Of a DNA stretch of 64,000 bases, positions 8,909 to 17,663 are shown in pieces. The position numbers and the translations under genes were made by a program. The DNA is from Thermoplasmata archaeon (lineage in GTDB: Archaea > Thermoplasmatota > Thermoplasmata > Lutacidiplasmatales > UBA184): assembly GCA_021806135.1 (NCBI GenBank), contig JAJZYB010000006.1, forward strand, positions 7,735 to 71,734, in the 5' to 3' direction. Position 1 is the stretch's first letter, and each line of letters begins with the position of its first letter. The notes beneath the pieces are model-generated. The model saw nothing but the letters and a program-made list of their open reading frames with translations, ran no database searches and was not told the origin of the DNA.

Positions 8909-11900
8909 ATGAATAGAAAAGCGCGTGTGAGAGCGGCAACAGCGGTACTAGTGACGCTAATCGCCGTAGTGAGCTTTTCACTAGGGGGCATTGCCTTGCC
9001 CACAACAACCTCAGCAAATACGGGCAGCACTTCAGCAAGTTCGACGGGCGCGGCTACCAGTGTAGTCAACACCCCTTTGGCCCAGATCACCCCGGCGTCC
9101 AACACACAAACGAGCGCCAATTCGCCGTACACTGTAAGCCCAGCGGCAACAACCAATTCTGGTCATGTGATGAGCGCATACATAGGGTTGAGTCCTACCT
9201 CCAGTATCAGCGCTTATCAACAAGAGATCAGCAACCCGGCATCTCCAATGTACAGACACTTCTTAACCGCAGCAGGAGTGGCGTCCAACTTTGGAACTTC
9301 GACCACTCAGTACCAAGCGACTGTCAACTACTTTGAAAGCTATGGATTGAGTGTTCAGACGAGCCCTGAGCGGTTGAGCTTGCAAGTGAGCGGAACAGTT
9401 GCTCAAATGGATGCGGCCTTCAACACTCAGATCGGAGCCTACAACATCGTATACAAGTCTGATGGAATATACAACAATCTGTTCGGACAAAGCAGCGCTG
9501 TAAACGGGACAACATCAAACATAACTATTTATGCAAATAGTGTTCCGACATACTTACCATCCGGACTAGACGTGGCAGGGATATCAGGTGTCGGGCAGAA
9601 CCTTGCGCAGGATGCATTAGCTCTACCGTATAACACGTCGGCATCGTCCGACTTCAATGCGTCTCAATACCAGCGTGGCGGCCTTACCGGCAACGTCGGA
9701 TACAACCACGCATTCCAGGTGGACACAAACACAGGTGCAGGTAACTACACCTGGACCAATCCAACCATGTCTCCAGGACTTGGCAATCTGCTGGGCAACA
9801 CGGGCAACTATCAATTCCTATTCCCCAGTTCGATGCCTACGCTGATGGGGGCCAACAACCTGTGGAGCGGTGGCACTACAATAGCCAGTGAGCCAGATCT
9901 TGGACAGGGCGTGACCATCGCGGTGATAGAGGTGGGGTGCCCACTCATTAGTGATCTGCAGCAGTTTGCCCAGATGACATTCAACAATTCTGGGCAGATC
10001 ACTAGCAGACTCAGTATTATTGGTATAAACAATGCACCATCTGGTGTCTCAATGAATACTTACAATCAATGTGTGAACCGGGGATTCGCTTATGGCTGGA
10101 CATTAGAGACCGAGTTGGACATTGAATATGCAGCCACCATGGCCCCTGACGCACACATAGACGTGATTGCATTGCCGACAGCTGACTTCACGGACTTCTT
10201 CCAGGCGTATACCGACATTGCCAGCTATCTCACATCCGGATCAGCCGTGACGCTTCCATCGTCCGTGGGAACGGTCTTCAACAGCCTAACTGGCTCGGCT
10301 GGTCAGGGCGTTAGCGCGGCAGCGGCTTCCATCAGCATTACCAGCAATTCTTACGGGGAAGGGGAGCTGTACGGACTGTTTGCAGGAACGCCAGTTTACC
10401 AAATACTCTCCAATGAAACACTAGGGACTCTAGCCATACAGGGAGTCACAAATTTCTTTGCTAGTGGAGATACATCATCCATAGGGTTCGGCTCAGGAGG
10501 ACCGCTACAGGCGGGGATGTTTGCACAATCCACCGGAGTGACCTCTGTTGGTGGAGGTATGCTCACCGCCGCAGGTTCCAATGGGGAGTATCCAGCCACC
10601 GGAAACTATGTATATCTACGTTCTCAATTTGGTTACATATTCAATGAGACAGTGGTCCCTGCCAGCGCAGTTGCATCGTTTACATACTGGGCTGAGGGCG
10701 TTTCACTGTGCTTCAACTTCATTTACCCGGGCGACTGTTTCCCCATCATCGGGCTAGGGTTCTTCGCTGGTGGAGGATTCGGAGTCAGTACAACTCAAGC
10801 ACAGCCGTGGTGGCAGAACGCACTGGACACCTACTCGACTGGCGCAAAGATCGTTCCAGTGATTGCCGGTTCAGCCGACTTCAACATGTCGGTGTGGGCC
10901 TTTGGCGGGTGGGACCAGCTGTTCGGGGGAACGTCCTTTGCTACCCCCATAGAAGCTGGATCCTGGGCACTCATAGAGGAACAGTCGATAGTGGCGTTTG
11001 GAAACCAGAAGTTTGGTGACATCAATTCATTGCTGTTTGCTGACCACAACGCGCAGCAGGCTGGAGTGTCGTCCATTGGAACAGATGCATTCATACCCAT
11101 GACTGATCTCGGAACGGGCCCAGAGCCAACCGCGTGCAACATCGTGGCGTTTATTGCGCAGTGCATCCAGTTTTGGGCTCCGGGAAATCCGTTCATCACC
11201 GGACTGGCCAACGCATCATCATTCTACCCGGCGGATCCCAACATCCCGTCGTGGTATGCCACACTCAACAACCCAGCTGGGAGTGGATGGAACTTCCTAC
11301 AAGGGCTTGGACTTCCACAGACAGATGTTCTGGATCAGCAAATAATCGGACAAGTACCTAGTTCGCAGCACGCATTAGCTAACGAACCATTCGCTGTTAC
11401 AGAAGTCACTTCATCTGGAGACATTCCGTTCGGACAACTGACAGGGGGGACCAGCTATACTTTCCAGATCGTACAGTCCAATGGGCTCACTGGGGGAACG
11501 TTCAACGTACAGGCCTATGACGGAGGACTGAACGATGGGACTTATGGCGGAGGAACTACAACCACAATGCAGGTCACCAACGGAGAGTTCACGTTCACGC
11601 CAACATACGCAGTAAATGCAGCTATGCCCCCAAGTGCATCTAGCGAATACGGGTACTTCCTAATTGGCGTGCCTGGCAGCAGTGCGTGGGCGTTCCAAGC
11701 ATTTTCCGTAGTACCGTCGGCAGCTAATGGAACGCTGCAACTGGGCGTACAGACCGAGAATGGACTCATCACCTCCGGTGAAGCGATCGTGCAGATGATC
11801 GGGGCATCCGATCCGGTCGTCGGCGGAGGGGGTCCATCCTACGGAGGATTGGACACCGTCACGCTCAATGGGATGCCGGTCCAGGATGCCGTGGTTACAG

Positions 11901-13570
11901 AGACCGCGGTACAGACCAACTTCGCAATCTTCGACCCCACCATAAACCCGACAATGTTCAGTCCAGGAGCTACGGTCGGTTCATTCCTCACGGATTCCTC
12001 AGGAATGTCTGGATTCTGGAAGAACAGTGTGCTAGAGGGACTTGAACCAATAGGGGTTCCTCAGCCCCTGCCGCTGACACCATCTGTGTTCACATTACAG
12101 GCCAGCTACGGGGGCCTCACATCAAACCCAGTCACGGTGGTTGTTGAACCGGAAGGGGGAAACTTCGTGAACAACCTGGCCCTCAACGCTGCTGGTACAG
12201 CTATCACCGGACAGCTCCAATTTGAAGCAATGCCTTGGGTTAGCAGTGTGAATGTTAGCGTAGGTGGTTCACCTGGTCAATACCAAGTGACAAACTTCGT
12301 GGCCAACACTGTAAAGACTGGAGTCATCAACGTAGATCTGACCAGCCTGCCATCGGGCCCGGTCGTCGTCAGCGCCATAGCGACCGGCGCTAACTTGTAC
12401 CCCAGCTTTGGTTGCGGCGGATGGCTGGAATTCCTAACGTGTGGATTCAGTGATACACCAACAAACTACGCGTTACAGTGGCAGGATCCATTGGTGTTCC
12501 TACCAGCAACATTGACTTCTACCGGAACGAGCACGATCGTATCGGGAGACGTAACGCTGTCATACAGTGGAACGGCAGCCGCCCAGGCCACAGGTACATT
12601 GCGACTAGTCTCCGGGCAAGGGACGCAAACCCTGGCCACGGGTATCTCTGGTGCTTACACACTCAATACTGCAACATTGCCTGATGGATGGTACAGCGCT
12701 GTGTATACTGAGACTGGATACGGGACCTCAACTACGAAGACTGTGACATTCTACACGGACAACGTTGCCGAGTCACTGAACTCAACGATCAGTGCTCTAC
12801 AGCAAGAAGTGCAAAGCCAGAAATCTACAATCTCTGACTTGAACGCTGAACTGTCCTCAGACGCTAGCACGATCAGTTCGCTACAAGCGAGTCTCGCATC
12901 TGCGAACGCAAACATTGGAGAGCTGCAAGCCCAAGTGTCCACGCTGCAGGCACAAGTGTCTGGCCTGCAGGGAACCGTCTCTACCCTGAACGGCCAGTTG
13001 GCCTCCGCACAGTCTAGTATCACCTCGTTGCAAGCCCAGGTCGCCTCCCTCAATGTTACAAGTGCGGCCGACGCGAGTTTGATCACACAGCTAAAGGCAG
13101 ATCTGTCTGCGGCTCAGACCACTATTGGGACACAGCGATCCCAGCTGAGCGCTGACCAGGCGACCATAACTTCTGACAACCAGACAATTCAGACACTGCA
13201 GAACGAGCTGGCACAGAGGAAGACCGCAGCGCCACTACCGGCAGCGGCATCCGCTCAGCCCCCAATTTCCATGATGGAGGTGTTGTTAATTGTGATTGCA
13301 GCACTGGCCATTGGTGGTGGAGTTGGGTATGTTCTTGCACGCCGAAGCAAGAAGGAAAACCAGACCGTCGCCCATGCTGGCGAGCCGGTATCTAGGAGGA
13401 TGACGGCGAGCAGCGTTGAGGGGCTCAGCACACTCATGAAGGCGGCCAAGTTACAGAAGACGCTGACATCCCGAGGAAACTACGTCGAAGCGCAAATGGT
13501 GGGGGTTCGTGTCGAGAGCCTCATGAGGGAGATGGGAGTTGACCGGAGCCAGGTTTACAAGACCAACTGA
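8909..13570 (+). CDS. Membrane-anchored sedolisin/kumamolisin-like (S53) serine peptidase with pro-domain, long C-terminal coiled-coil stalk and C-terminal TM anchor
   Basis: Signal peptide; region HFLTAAGVASNFGTSTTQYQATVNYFESYGLSV...LSLQVSGTVAQMDAAFNTQI resembles the pro-kumamolisin activation domain; GGTSFATPIEAGSWALIEE resembles the catalytic-Ser motif; ~300 aa of Q/S/L/A heptad-like repeats (..ISALQQEVQSQKSTISDLNAELSS..LQAQVSTLQAQVSGLQ..) then hydrophobic TM plus RRSKKE; gene is ~50% GC versus ~68% flanking. Confidence 0.55.
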   Translation: MNRKARVRAATAVLVTLIAVVSFSLGGIALPTTTSANTGSTSASSTGAATSVVNTPLAQITPASNTQTSANSPYTVSPAATTNSGHVMSAYIGLSPTSSISAYQQEISNPASPMYRHFLTAAGVASNFGTSTTQYQATVNYFESYGLSVQTSPERLSLQVSGTVAQMDAAFNTQIGAYNIVYKSDGIYNNLFGQSSAVNGTTSNITIYANSVPTYLPSGLDVAGISGVGQNLAQDALALPYNTSASSDFNASQYQRGGLTGNVGYNHAFQVDTNTGAGNYTWTNPTMSPGLGNLLGNTGNYQFLFPSSMPTLMGANNLWSGGTTIASEPDLGQGVTIAVIEVGCPLISDLQQFAQMTFNNSGQITSRLSIIGINNAPSGVSMNTYNQCVNRGFAYGWTLETELDIEYAATMAPDAHIDVIALPTADFTDFFQAYTDIASYLTSGSAVTLPSSVGTVFNSLTGSAGQGVSAAAASISITSNSYGEGELYGLFAGTPVYQILSNETLGTLAIQGVTNFFASGDTSSIGFGSGGPLQAGMFAQSTGVTSVGGGMLTAAGSNGEYPATGNYVYLRSQFGYIFNETVVPASAVASFTYWAEGVSLCFNFIYPGDCFPIIGLGFFAGGGFGVSTTQAQPWWQNALDTYSTGAKIVPVIAGSADFNMSVWAFGGWDQLFGGTSFATPIEAGSWALIEEQSIVAFGNQKFGDINSLLFADHNAQQAGVSSIGTDAFIPMTDLGTGPEPTACNIVAFIAQCIQFWAPGNPFITGLANASSFYPADPNIPSWYATLNNPAGSGWNFLQGLGLPQTDVLDQQIIGQVPSSQHALANEPFAVTEVTSSGDIPFGQLTGGTSYTFQIVQSNGLTGGTFNVQAYDGGLNDGTYGGGTTTTMQVTNGEFTFTPTYAVNAAMPPSASSEYGYFLIGVPGSSAWAFQAFSVVPSAANGTLQLGVQTENGLITSGEAIVQMIGASDPVVGGGGPSYGGLDTVTLNGMPVQDAVVTETAVQTNFAIFDPTINPTMFSPGATVGSFLTDSSGMSGFWKNSVLEGLEPIGVPQPLPLTPSVFTLQASYGGLTSNPVTVVVEPEGGNFVNNLALNAAGTAITGQLQFEAMPWVSSVNVSVGGSPGQYQVTNFVANTVKTGVINVDLTSLPSGPVVVSAIATGANLYPSFGCGGWLEFLTCGFSDTPTNYALQWQDPLVFLPATLTSTGTSTIVSGDVTLSYSGTAAAQATGTLRLVSGQGTQTLATGISGAYTLNTATLPDGWYSAVYTETGYGTSTTKTVTFYTDNVAESLNSTISALQQEVQSQKSTISDLNAELSSDASTISSLQASLASANANIGELQAQVSTLQAQVSGLQGTVSTLNGQLASAQSSITSLQAQVASLNVTSAADASLITQLKADLSAAQTTIGTQRSQLSADQATITSDNQTIQTLQNELAQRKTAAPLPAAASAQPPISMMEVLLIVIAALAIGGGVGYVLARRSKKENQTVAHAGEPVSRRMTASSVEGLSTLMKAAKLQKTLTSRGNYVEAQMVGVRVESLMREMGVDRSQVYKTN

Positions 13571-13583
13571 GTGAACCATTTCG

Positions 13584-13605
13584 GGGGGTCTGAAAAGACC
13601 CCCTT
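13584..13605 (+). terminator. Perfect hairpin immediately after the S53 gene stop (GGGGGTCT-GAAA-AGACCCCC) followed by a T-containing tract
   Basis: Inverted repeat with 8-bp GC-rich stem and GAAA loop 14 nt after the stop codon at 13570. Confidence 0.5.
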
Positions 13606-13882
13606 GACCTTTCCTCCACGGAGGGGTTGAGCAGGGTGGGAGGCGGGTGAGAGCCCGCGTTCTGGTTACTGGGGACCGGGAGGCAGGACCTTGCCGGGAC
13701 CGTCGCGGTGAGTCGGTCGTGGACTCTGAGGGAACCCCTGACTGTGGGGCCCCTCTCTCACTTTCCCCTCCCGGCAGGGGGGAAGGATTGGAGCTTTAGG
13801 CAGATCGCGGGAGGATTCATGGAATGCAGATCCCGTTCAATGGGCAGTCTCCCCGGGAAGCAACCCTTATCCCTGAGGGCCC

Positions 13883-14134
13883 TTGCGCCTTGCTGATATG
13901 GACGGACCCTTGGTCTTCCTCTCCCAGTTCATGGAGCGGAAGGTGGTGGTCCGGCTCAAGGACGCGCGGACCCTGGAAGGCCGCCTCCTGGGGTTCGACG
14001 AGCATCTCAACCTGGTGCTCGACGAGACCTTGGAGCGGAACGACGAGGCGGGTCGCCGTCTGGGACGGGTGGTGGTACGAGGGAACAACGTGCTCGCGCT
14101 GAACGCACCCCCCGGCCCCGGCGCTCCCGCGTGA
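13883..14134 (+). CDS. Sm-like (LSm/SmAP) RNA-binding protein
   Basis: PLVFLSQFMERKVVVRLKDARTLEGRLLGFDEHLNLVLDETLE...RLGRVVVRGNNVLAL matches the archaeal Sm1/Sm2 motifs; start may be the Met at 13898. Confidence 0.8.
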   Translation: MRLADMDGPLVFLSQFMERKVVVRLKDARTLEGRLLGFDEHLNLVLDETLERNDEAGRRLGRVVVRGNNVLALNAPPGPGAPA

Positions 14135-14820
14135 CCCCGTCTCCCGGGAGCCCCCCCCGGCTCCCCCGAGAGGCGGTCTCGCTGGTGAAGTACCTCGCTT
14201 CCCGGGGTGCCCTCTCGGCGCCGGTGGCGGTCTCGAGCCGGGAGGTCGGAAAGTCGGTGGGCCTGAGCCAGCAGGGCGCCGCCAGGCAGCTCCTCCTCCT
14301 CGAACGGGACGGCTTCCTGCGTCGATCGCTCGGGGCCCGCCTTCCCCGGCTCGAGCTCACGGAGAAGACCCGGGGCGCCCTCGCCCTCGAGGTCCAGGAG
14401 CTCACCCGGCTCCTCCAGAGACCTCAGCCGGTGACGCTGGAAGGTACCGTGGCCTCCGGGCTGGGGGAGGGAGGCTACTACCTCTCCCTGCCCGGGTACC
14501 GTCGGCAGTTCGAAGAGCGCTTGGGCTACACTCCCTTCCCGGGCACCCTGAACCTCCGCCTCACCTCCCGAGAGCTCGCCCAGGTCGACGCGCTCCGGAG
14601 CCTTCCCGGCATCCCCATCGACGGGTTCTCCGACCAGGGCCGGTCCTTCGGGGGGGCCCGCTGCCACCCGGCCAGCCTCCGGGGAAGGCGCGCCCACGTG
14701 ATCCTGCCGGACCGTTCCCATTACCGGGACGTCCTCGAGATCATGGCACCGGTGAACCTACGGAAGGCCCTCCACTTAAAGGACGGAGAACGCCTGGCGG
14801 TGAAGGTGCTGAGCCCATGA
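14131..14820 (+). CDS. rbkR: wHTH-fused CTP-dependent riboflavin kinase (RbkR-like riboflavin kinase/transcriptional regulator)
   Basis: N-terminal winged-helix-like segment (VKYLASRGALSAPVAVSSREVGKSVGLSQQGAARQLLLLERDGFL) and C-terminal MJ0056-type riboflavin kinase motifs (YTPFPGTLNLRL, IMAPVNLR); start overlaps Sm stop (ATGA). Confidence 0.7.
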   Translation: MTPSPGSPPRLPREAVSLVKYLASRGALSAPVAVSSREVGKSVGLSQQGAARQLLLLERDGFLRRSLGARLPRLELTEKTRGALALEVQELTRLLQRPQPVTLEGTVASGLGEGGYYLSLPGYRRQFEERLGYTPFPGTLNLRLTSRELAQVDALRSLPGIPIDGFSDQGRSFGGARCHPASLRGRRAHVILPDRSHYRDVLEIMAPVNLRKALHLKDGERLAVKVLSP

Positions 14821-15851
14821 CCCCGGCCACCTCCTCGTTCGCCCACCGGGTGGCGGAGGAACGACGTCCTGCTCCCGGCTCCCCGGCAGATGCCCGGCAC
14901 TACGTGAAGCTCTGGCAGGAACCGGAGTCCTTAGACGGCGAACGGGTCCGCGCCTTCGTGCTCATCCTCCGGACCCGGGGATGCTATTGGGCCGACGTGA
15001 AGGGATGCACCATGTGCGGATACGCCCGGGACACCCTGGGGCGCTCCGCCACCGAGGAAGAGATCGGTCTCCAGCTCGCCCGGGCGCTCACGGCCTACCG
15101 GGACGAACCGTACGTGAAGATCTACACGTCCGGGAGCTTCCTGGACCGCCGGGAGGTCCCGGAGGCCGCCCGCTCACGGGTGGCCGCGGCCTTCGCCGGA
15201 CGCGCCCGGCGCCTCCTCGTGGAGACCCTTCCCGAGTTCGTCACCCCGGAAGCCCTCCGGGAGCTCCGGGACTCCTTCGGGGGGACCCTCGAGGTGGCGC
15301 TGGGGTTGGAGAGCACCCAGCCCCGGGTCCTCGCCAAGGCCGTGCACAAGCACGAGACCCCGACGCAGTACCTCGAGGCGGCGGACCGTGTCCGGCGGGG
15401 CGGCGCCTCCCCCAAAGCCTACCTCCTGCTGAAGCCCCCCTACCTCACCGAGCGGGAGTCCATCGAGGATACCGTGACCTCCGTGGCCCGGGCCAGCTCG
15501 CACTTTGACACCTTGTCGGTGAATCCGGTCCACCTGCAGGGGGGGACCGTGGTGGAGCATCTCTTCCGCCGGGGCCTGTACCGGCCCCCGTGGCTCTGGA
15601 GCCTGGTGGAGGTCCTCTCCCGGGCGAGCCGACTCCGGGCTCCCGGCACCCGTCTGGTGAGCTTCCCCACCTCCGGGGGGAACCCTCGTGGGGTCCACAA
15701 CTGCCTTCGCTGCGATCCGGAGATCCTCTCCCGGATCCAGGAGAGCTCCCTGGCCCAGGACTTCTCTCTCCTCGACGGTTTGCCCGATTGCCCCTGCCGG
15801 GAGACCTGGCGGCATTCCTTGGCCCTCGAGGCGCTTTCGCCGGAGGCCTGA
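14817..15851 (+). CDS. Archaeal radical SAM protein, TIGR01210/RaSEA-like (archaeosine-formation-associated family)
   Basis: Cys cluster RTRGCYWADVKGCTMCGY near N-terminus; ~340 aa; overall similarity to the archaeal-specific radical SAM family as I recall it; overlaps rbkR stop. Confidence 0.5.
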   Translation: MTPATSSFAHRVAEERRPAPGSPADARHYVKLWQEPESLDGERVRAFVLILRTRGCYWADVKGCTMCGYARDTLGRSATEEEIGLQLARALTAYRDEPYVKIYTSGSFLDRREVPEAARSRVAAAFAGRARRLLVETLPEFVTPEALRELRDSFGGTLEVALGLESTQPRVLAKAVHKHETPTQYLEAADRVRRGGASPKAYLLLKPPYLTERESIEDTVTSVARASSHFDTLSVNPVHLQGGTVVEHLFRRGLYRPPWLWSLVEVLSRASRLRAPGTRLVSFPTSGGNPRGVHNCLRCDPEILSRIQESSLAQDFSLLDGLPDCPCRETWRHSLALEALSPEA

Positions 15852-15860
15852 AGGGACCCC

Positions 15861-16673
15861 ATGCCGGAAAGGCTCGCCGTGACCCTCCCGCCCCGGGCCC
15901 GGGAGACCCTCGTGCGCTTCCTCTCGGCCCAGGTGGCGGAGGCCTCGGCTTCCGGGGTCGTAGTAGGCCTCTCGGGAGGGGTGGACAGTGCCCTGGTGGC
16001 CCGCCTGGCGCGAGAGGCCCTGGGCCCGGAGCGCGTCCGGGCCCTCTCCCTCCCGGACGAGAACACCCCCCCGGCGCTCCGGTCCGAGGTGAAGCAGTTC
16101 GCCGATGACCTGGGCATTCCGCTGCGGGAGGTCTCCTTGGAGCCCTGGTTCGCCGCCTTAAAGACGGACCTCCCGGAGCTATCGGACCGGACCGGGGGTG
16201 GGAATGCCCGGGCCCGGCTCCGGATGATCGCCCTCTACGCCCACGCCCGGGCCCACCAGGCCCTGGTCCTCGGCACCGGGAACAAGTCTGAGATCCTGCT
16301 CGGTTATTTCACCAAATTCGGCGATGGGGGCGCCGACCTCCTCCCCCTGGGCGATCTCTACAAGACGGCGGTCTATGCGCTCTCCCGGGACGTGGGTCTT
16401 CCCTCGGGCATCCTCGACCGTCCTCCGTCCGCCGGCCTCTACCCCGGACAGACCGACGAGGAGGAGCTCGGAGAGCCCTATGCCACCTTGGACCCCATCC
16501 TCCGGGGCCTGGAAGAGCTCTGGGAACCGGAGGCCATCGCCCGGGAGCTAAAGCTCCCGCTCCCCCGGGTCCTGGCCGTGGCGCGTCGGGTCGATGCCTA
16601 CCGGCACAAGCGGAGGCTTCCCCCGATCCCGAAGCTGGGTCTGCGTACCGTGGGTCTGGATTGGAGGGACTAG
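15861..16673 (+). CDS. nadE: NH3-dependent NAD+ synthetase
   Basis: PP-loop GLSGGVDSA; conserved LGTGNKSE..GYFTKFGDGG..L.PLGDLYKT motifs. Confidence 0.85.
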   Translation: MPERLAVTLPPRARETLVRFLSAQVAEASASGVVVGLSGGVDSALVARLAREALGPERVRALSLPDENTPPALRSEVKQFADDLGIPLREVSLEPWFAALKTDLPELSDRTGGGNARARLRMIALYAHARAHQALVLGTGNKSEILLGYFTKFGDGGADLLPLGDLYKTAVYALSRDVGLPSGILDRPPSAGLYPGQTDEEELGEPYATLDPILRGLEELWEPEAIARELKLPLPRVLAVARRVDAYRHKRRLPPIPKLGLRTVGLDWRD

Positions 16674-16748
16674 GAGCGTGGGCGAACTCCCCTCCCTAGA
16701 ATCTTATCCACCTCCCCGGTTCCGCCCTCCCATCGAGGACCCTTCGTC

Positions 16749-17663
16749 ATGGTCTTGTTGAGCCGGGAGGAATACCAGGCCCTTTCCCGGGAGCTGGAGA
16801 CCCACGAGGATGTCTCCCGGGTCGCCCGGGAAAAGGGGCTGGACGAGGGCCTCCTCATGGTGATCTACACCCAGCGGATCACCCGGGACGCGACGAAACG
16901 CTTCTACGTGGTCCAGAACCAGGCTCCCCGCCTCGTCAAGCAGTGGCAGGCCGGGGCGAGCTACCTCTCCCTCGCCCGGGAGTGGCGGTTTCCCCCCGTC
17001 CTCATGGCCCAGATGATCGAGCGGCAGAAGAACACGCCCCGGAAGGCGTTCTGGGACGGGTTCCGGAACCCGGCGGCCATCCCGGATGCCCGGATCCGTC
17101 GCGAGGTCAACGAGGTCCTGGCGGAGGACTGGATCTACTCCCCCCGGGGGGGCGAGCTCCAACGGGAGCGGGGGGTCCAGGGCGAGGCGCGCCTGGCCGC
17201 CTGGCTGAACCGCTTCGGCCTCGGGTTCCGGACGGAGAAGGACCTCCGGGGCAAGTTCGCGAAGACCCCCGACGCCTTGCTCGACGAACCGGTCTGGATC
17301 GAGGGCCAGAAGGTCCAGTGGATCGAGTCGAAGGCGAACTTCGGGGACGAAGTGGAGCTCCGGCGCAACCTCCGCAAGCAGCTGGAACCCTACGTCCGGA
17401 TGTTCGGAGAAGGCATCGTGGTGTACTGGTACGGGCACTTGAGAGGGGCCGAGGGGCCCCCCGGTATCCGGATCACCGAGGGCGATGCCTTCGAGTCCTT
17501 GGTCCCCGGCCCAGAGGGCGCCCCGGGCCCATCCGGGAAGCCTACCCCCCGCCCGGAGCCGGCCCCTCGACCCCTTCCCCCGGTGCGGCCGGTGGCCGGG
17601 GCAGGCGGTCCTCCACCGAAGCGAAAGGCACGGCCTCCTGTTGACCGCTCTGCATATTTCTGA
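16749..17663 (+). CDS. TPD-domain protein (C15orf41/CDIN1-like predicted PD-(D/E)XK nuclease)
   Basis: Contains KTPDALLDEPVWIEGQKVQWIESKANFGD (T-P-D motif followed by E-x-K), resembling the TPD family; Pro-rich C-terminal tail overlaps the convergent hisS 3' end. Confidence 0.45.
   Translation: MVLLSREEYQALSRELETHEDVSRVAREKGLDEGLLMVIYTQRITRDATKRFYVVQNQAPRLVKQWQAGASYLSLAREWRFPPVLMAQMIERQKNTPRKAFWDGFRNPAAIPDARIRREVNEVLAEDWIYSPRGGELQRERGVQGEARLAAWLNRFGLGFRTEKDLRGKFAKTPDALLDEPVWIEGQKVQWIESKANFGDEVELRRNLRKQLEPYVRMFGEGIVVYWYGHLRGAEGPPGIRITEGDAFESLVPGPEGAPGPSGKPTPRPEPAPRPLPPVRPVAGAGGPPPKRKARPPVDRSAYF

Noticed and set aside
8533-8916. 127-aa ORF just upstream of and overlapping the S53 peptidase start, in the moderately low-GC island flank
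   Set aside because: No recognisable motif and partly Arg/Gly-rich; could be a small island-borne regulator but evidence is insufficient to call
13610-13882. Possible tRNA or integration-site remnant at the right edge of the low-GC island
   Set aside because: Looked for cloverleaf elements (GTTC-loop, acceptor complementarity) and direct repeats matching the left edge near 8400; none found by eye
13867-14721. 284-aa minus-strand ORF antisense to Sm/rbkR
   Set aside because: Pro/Gly/Arg-rich; the + strand encodes well-supported Sm and riboflavin kinase proteins
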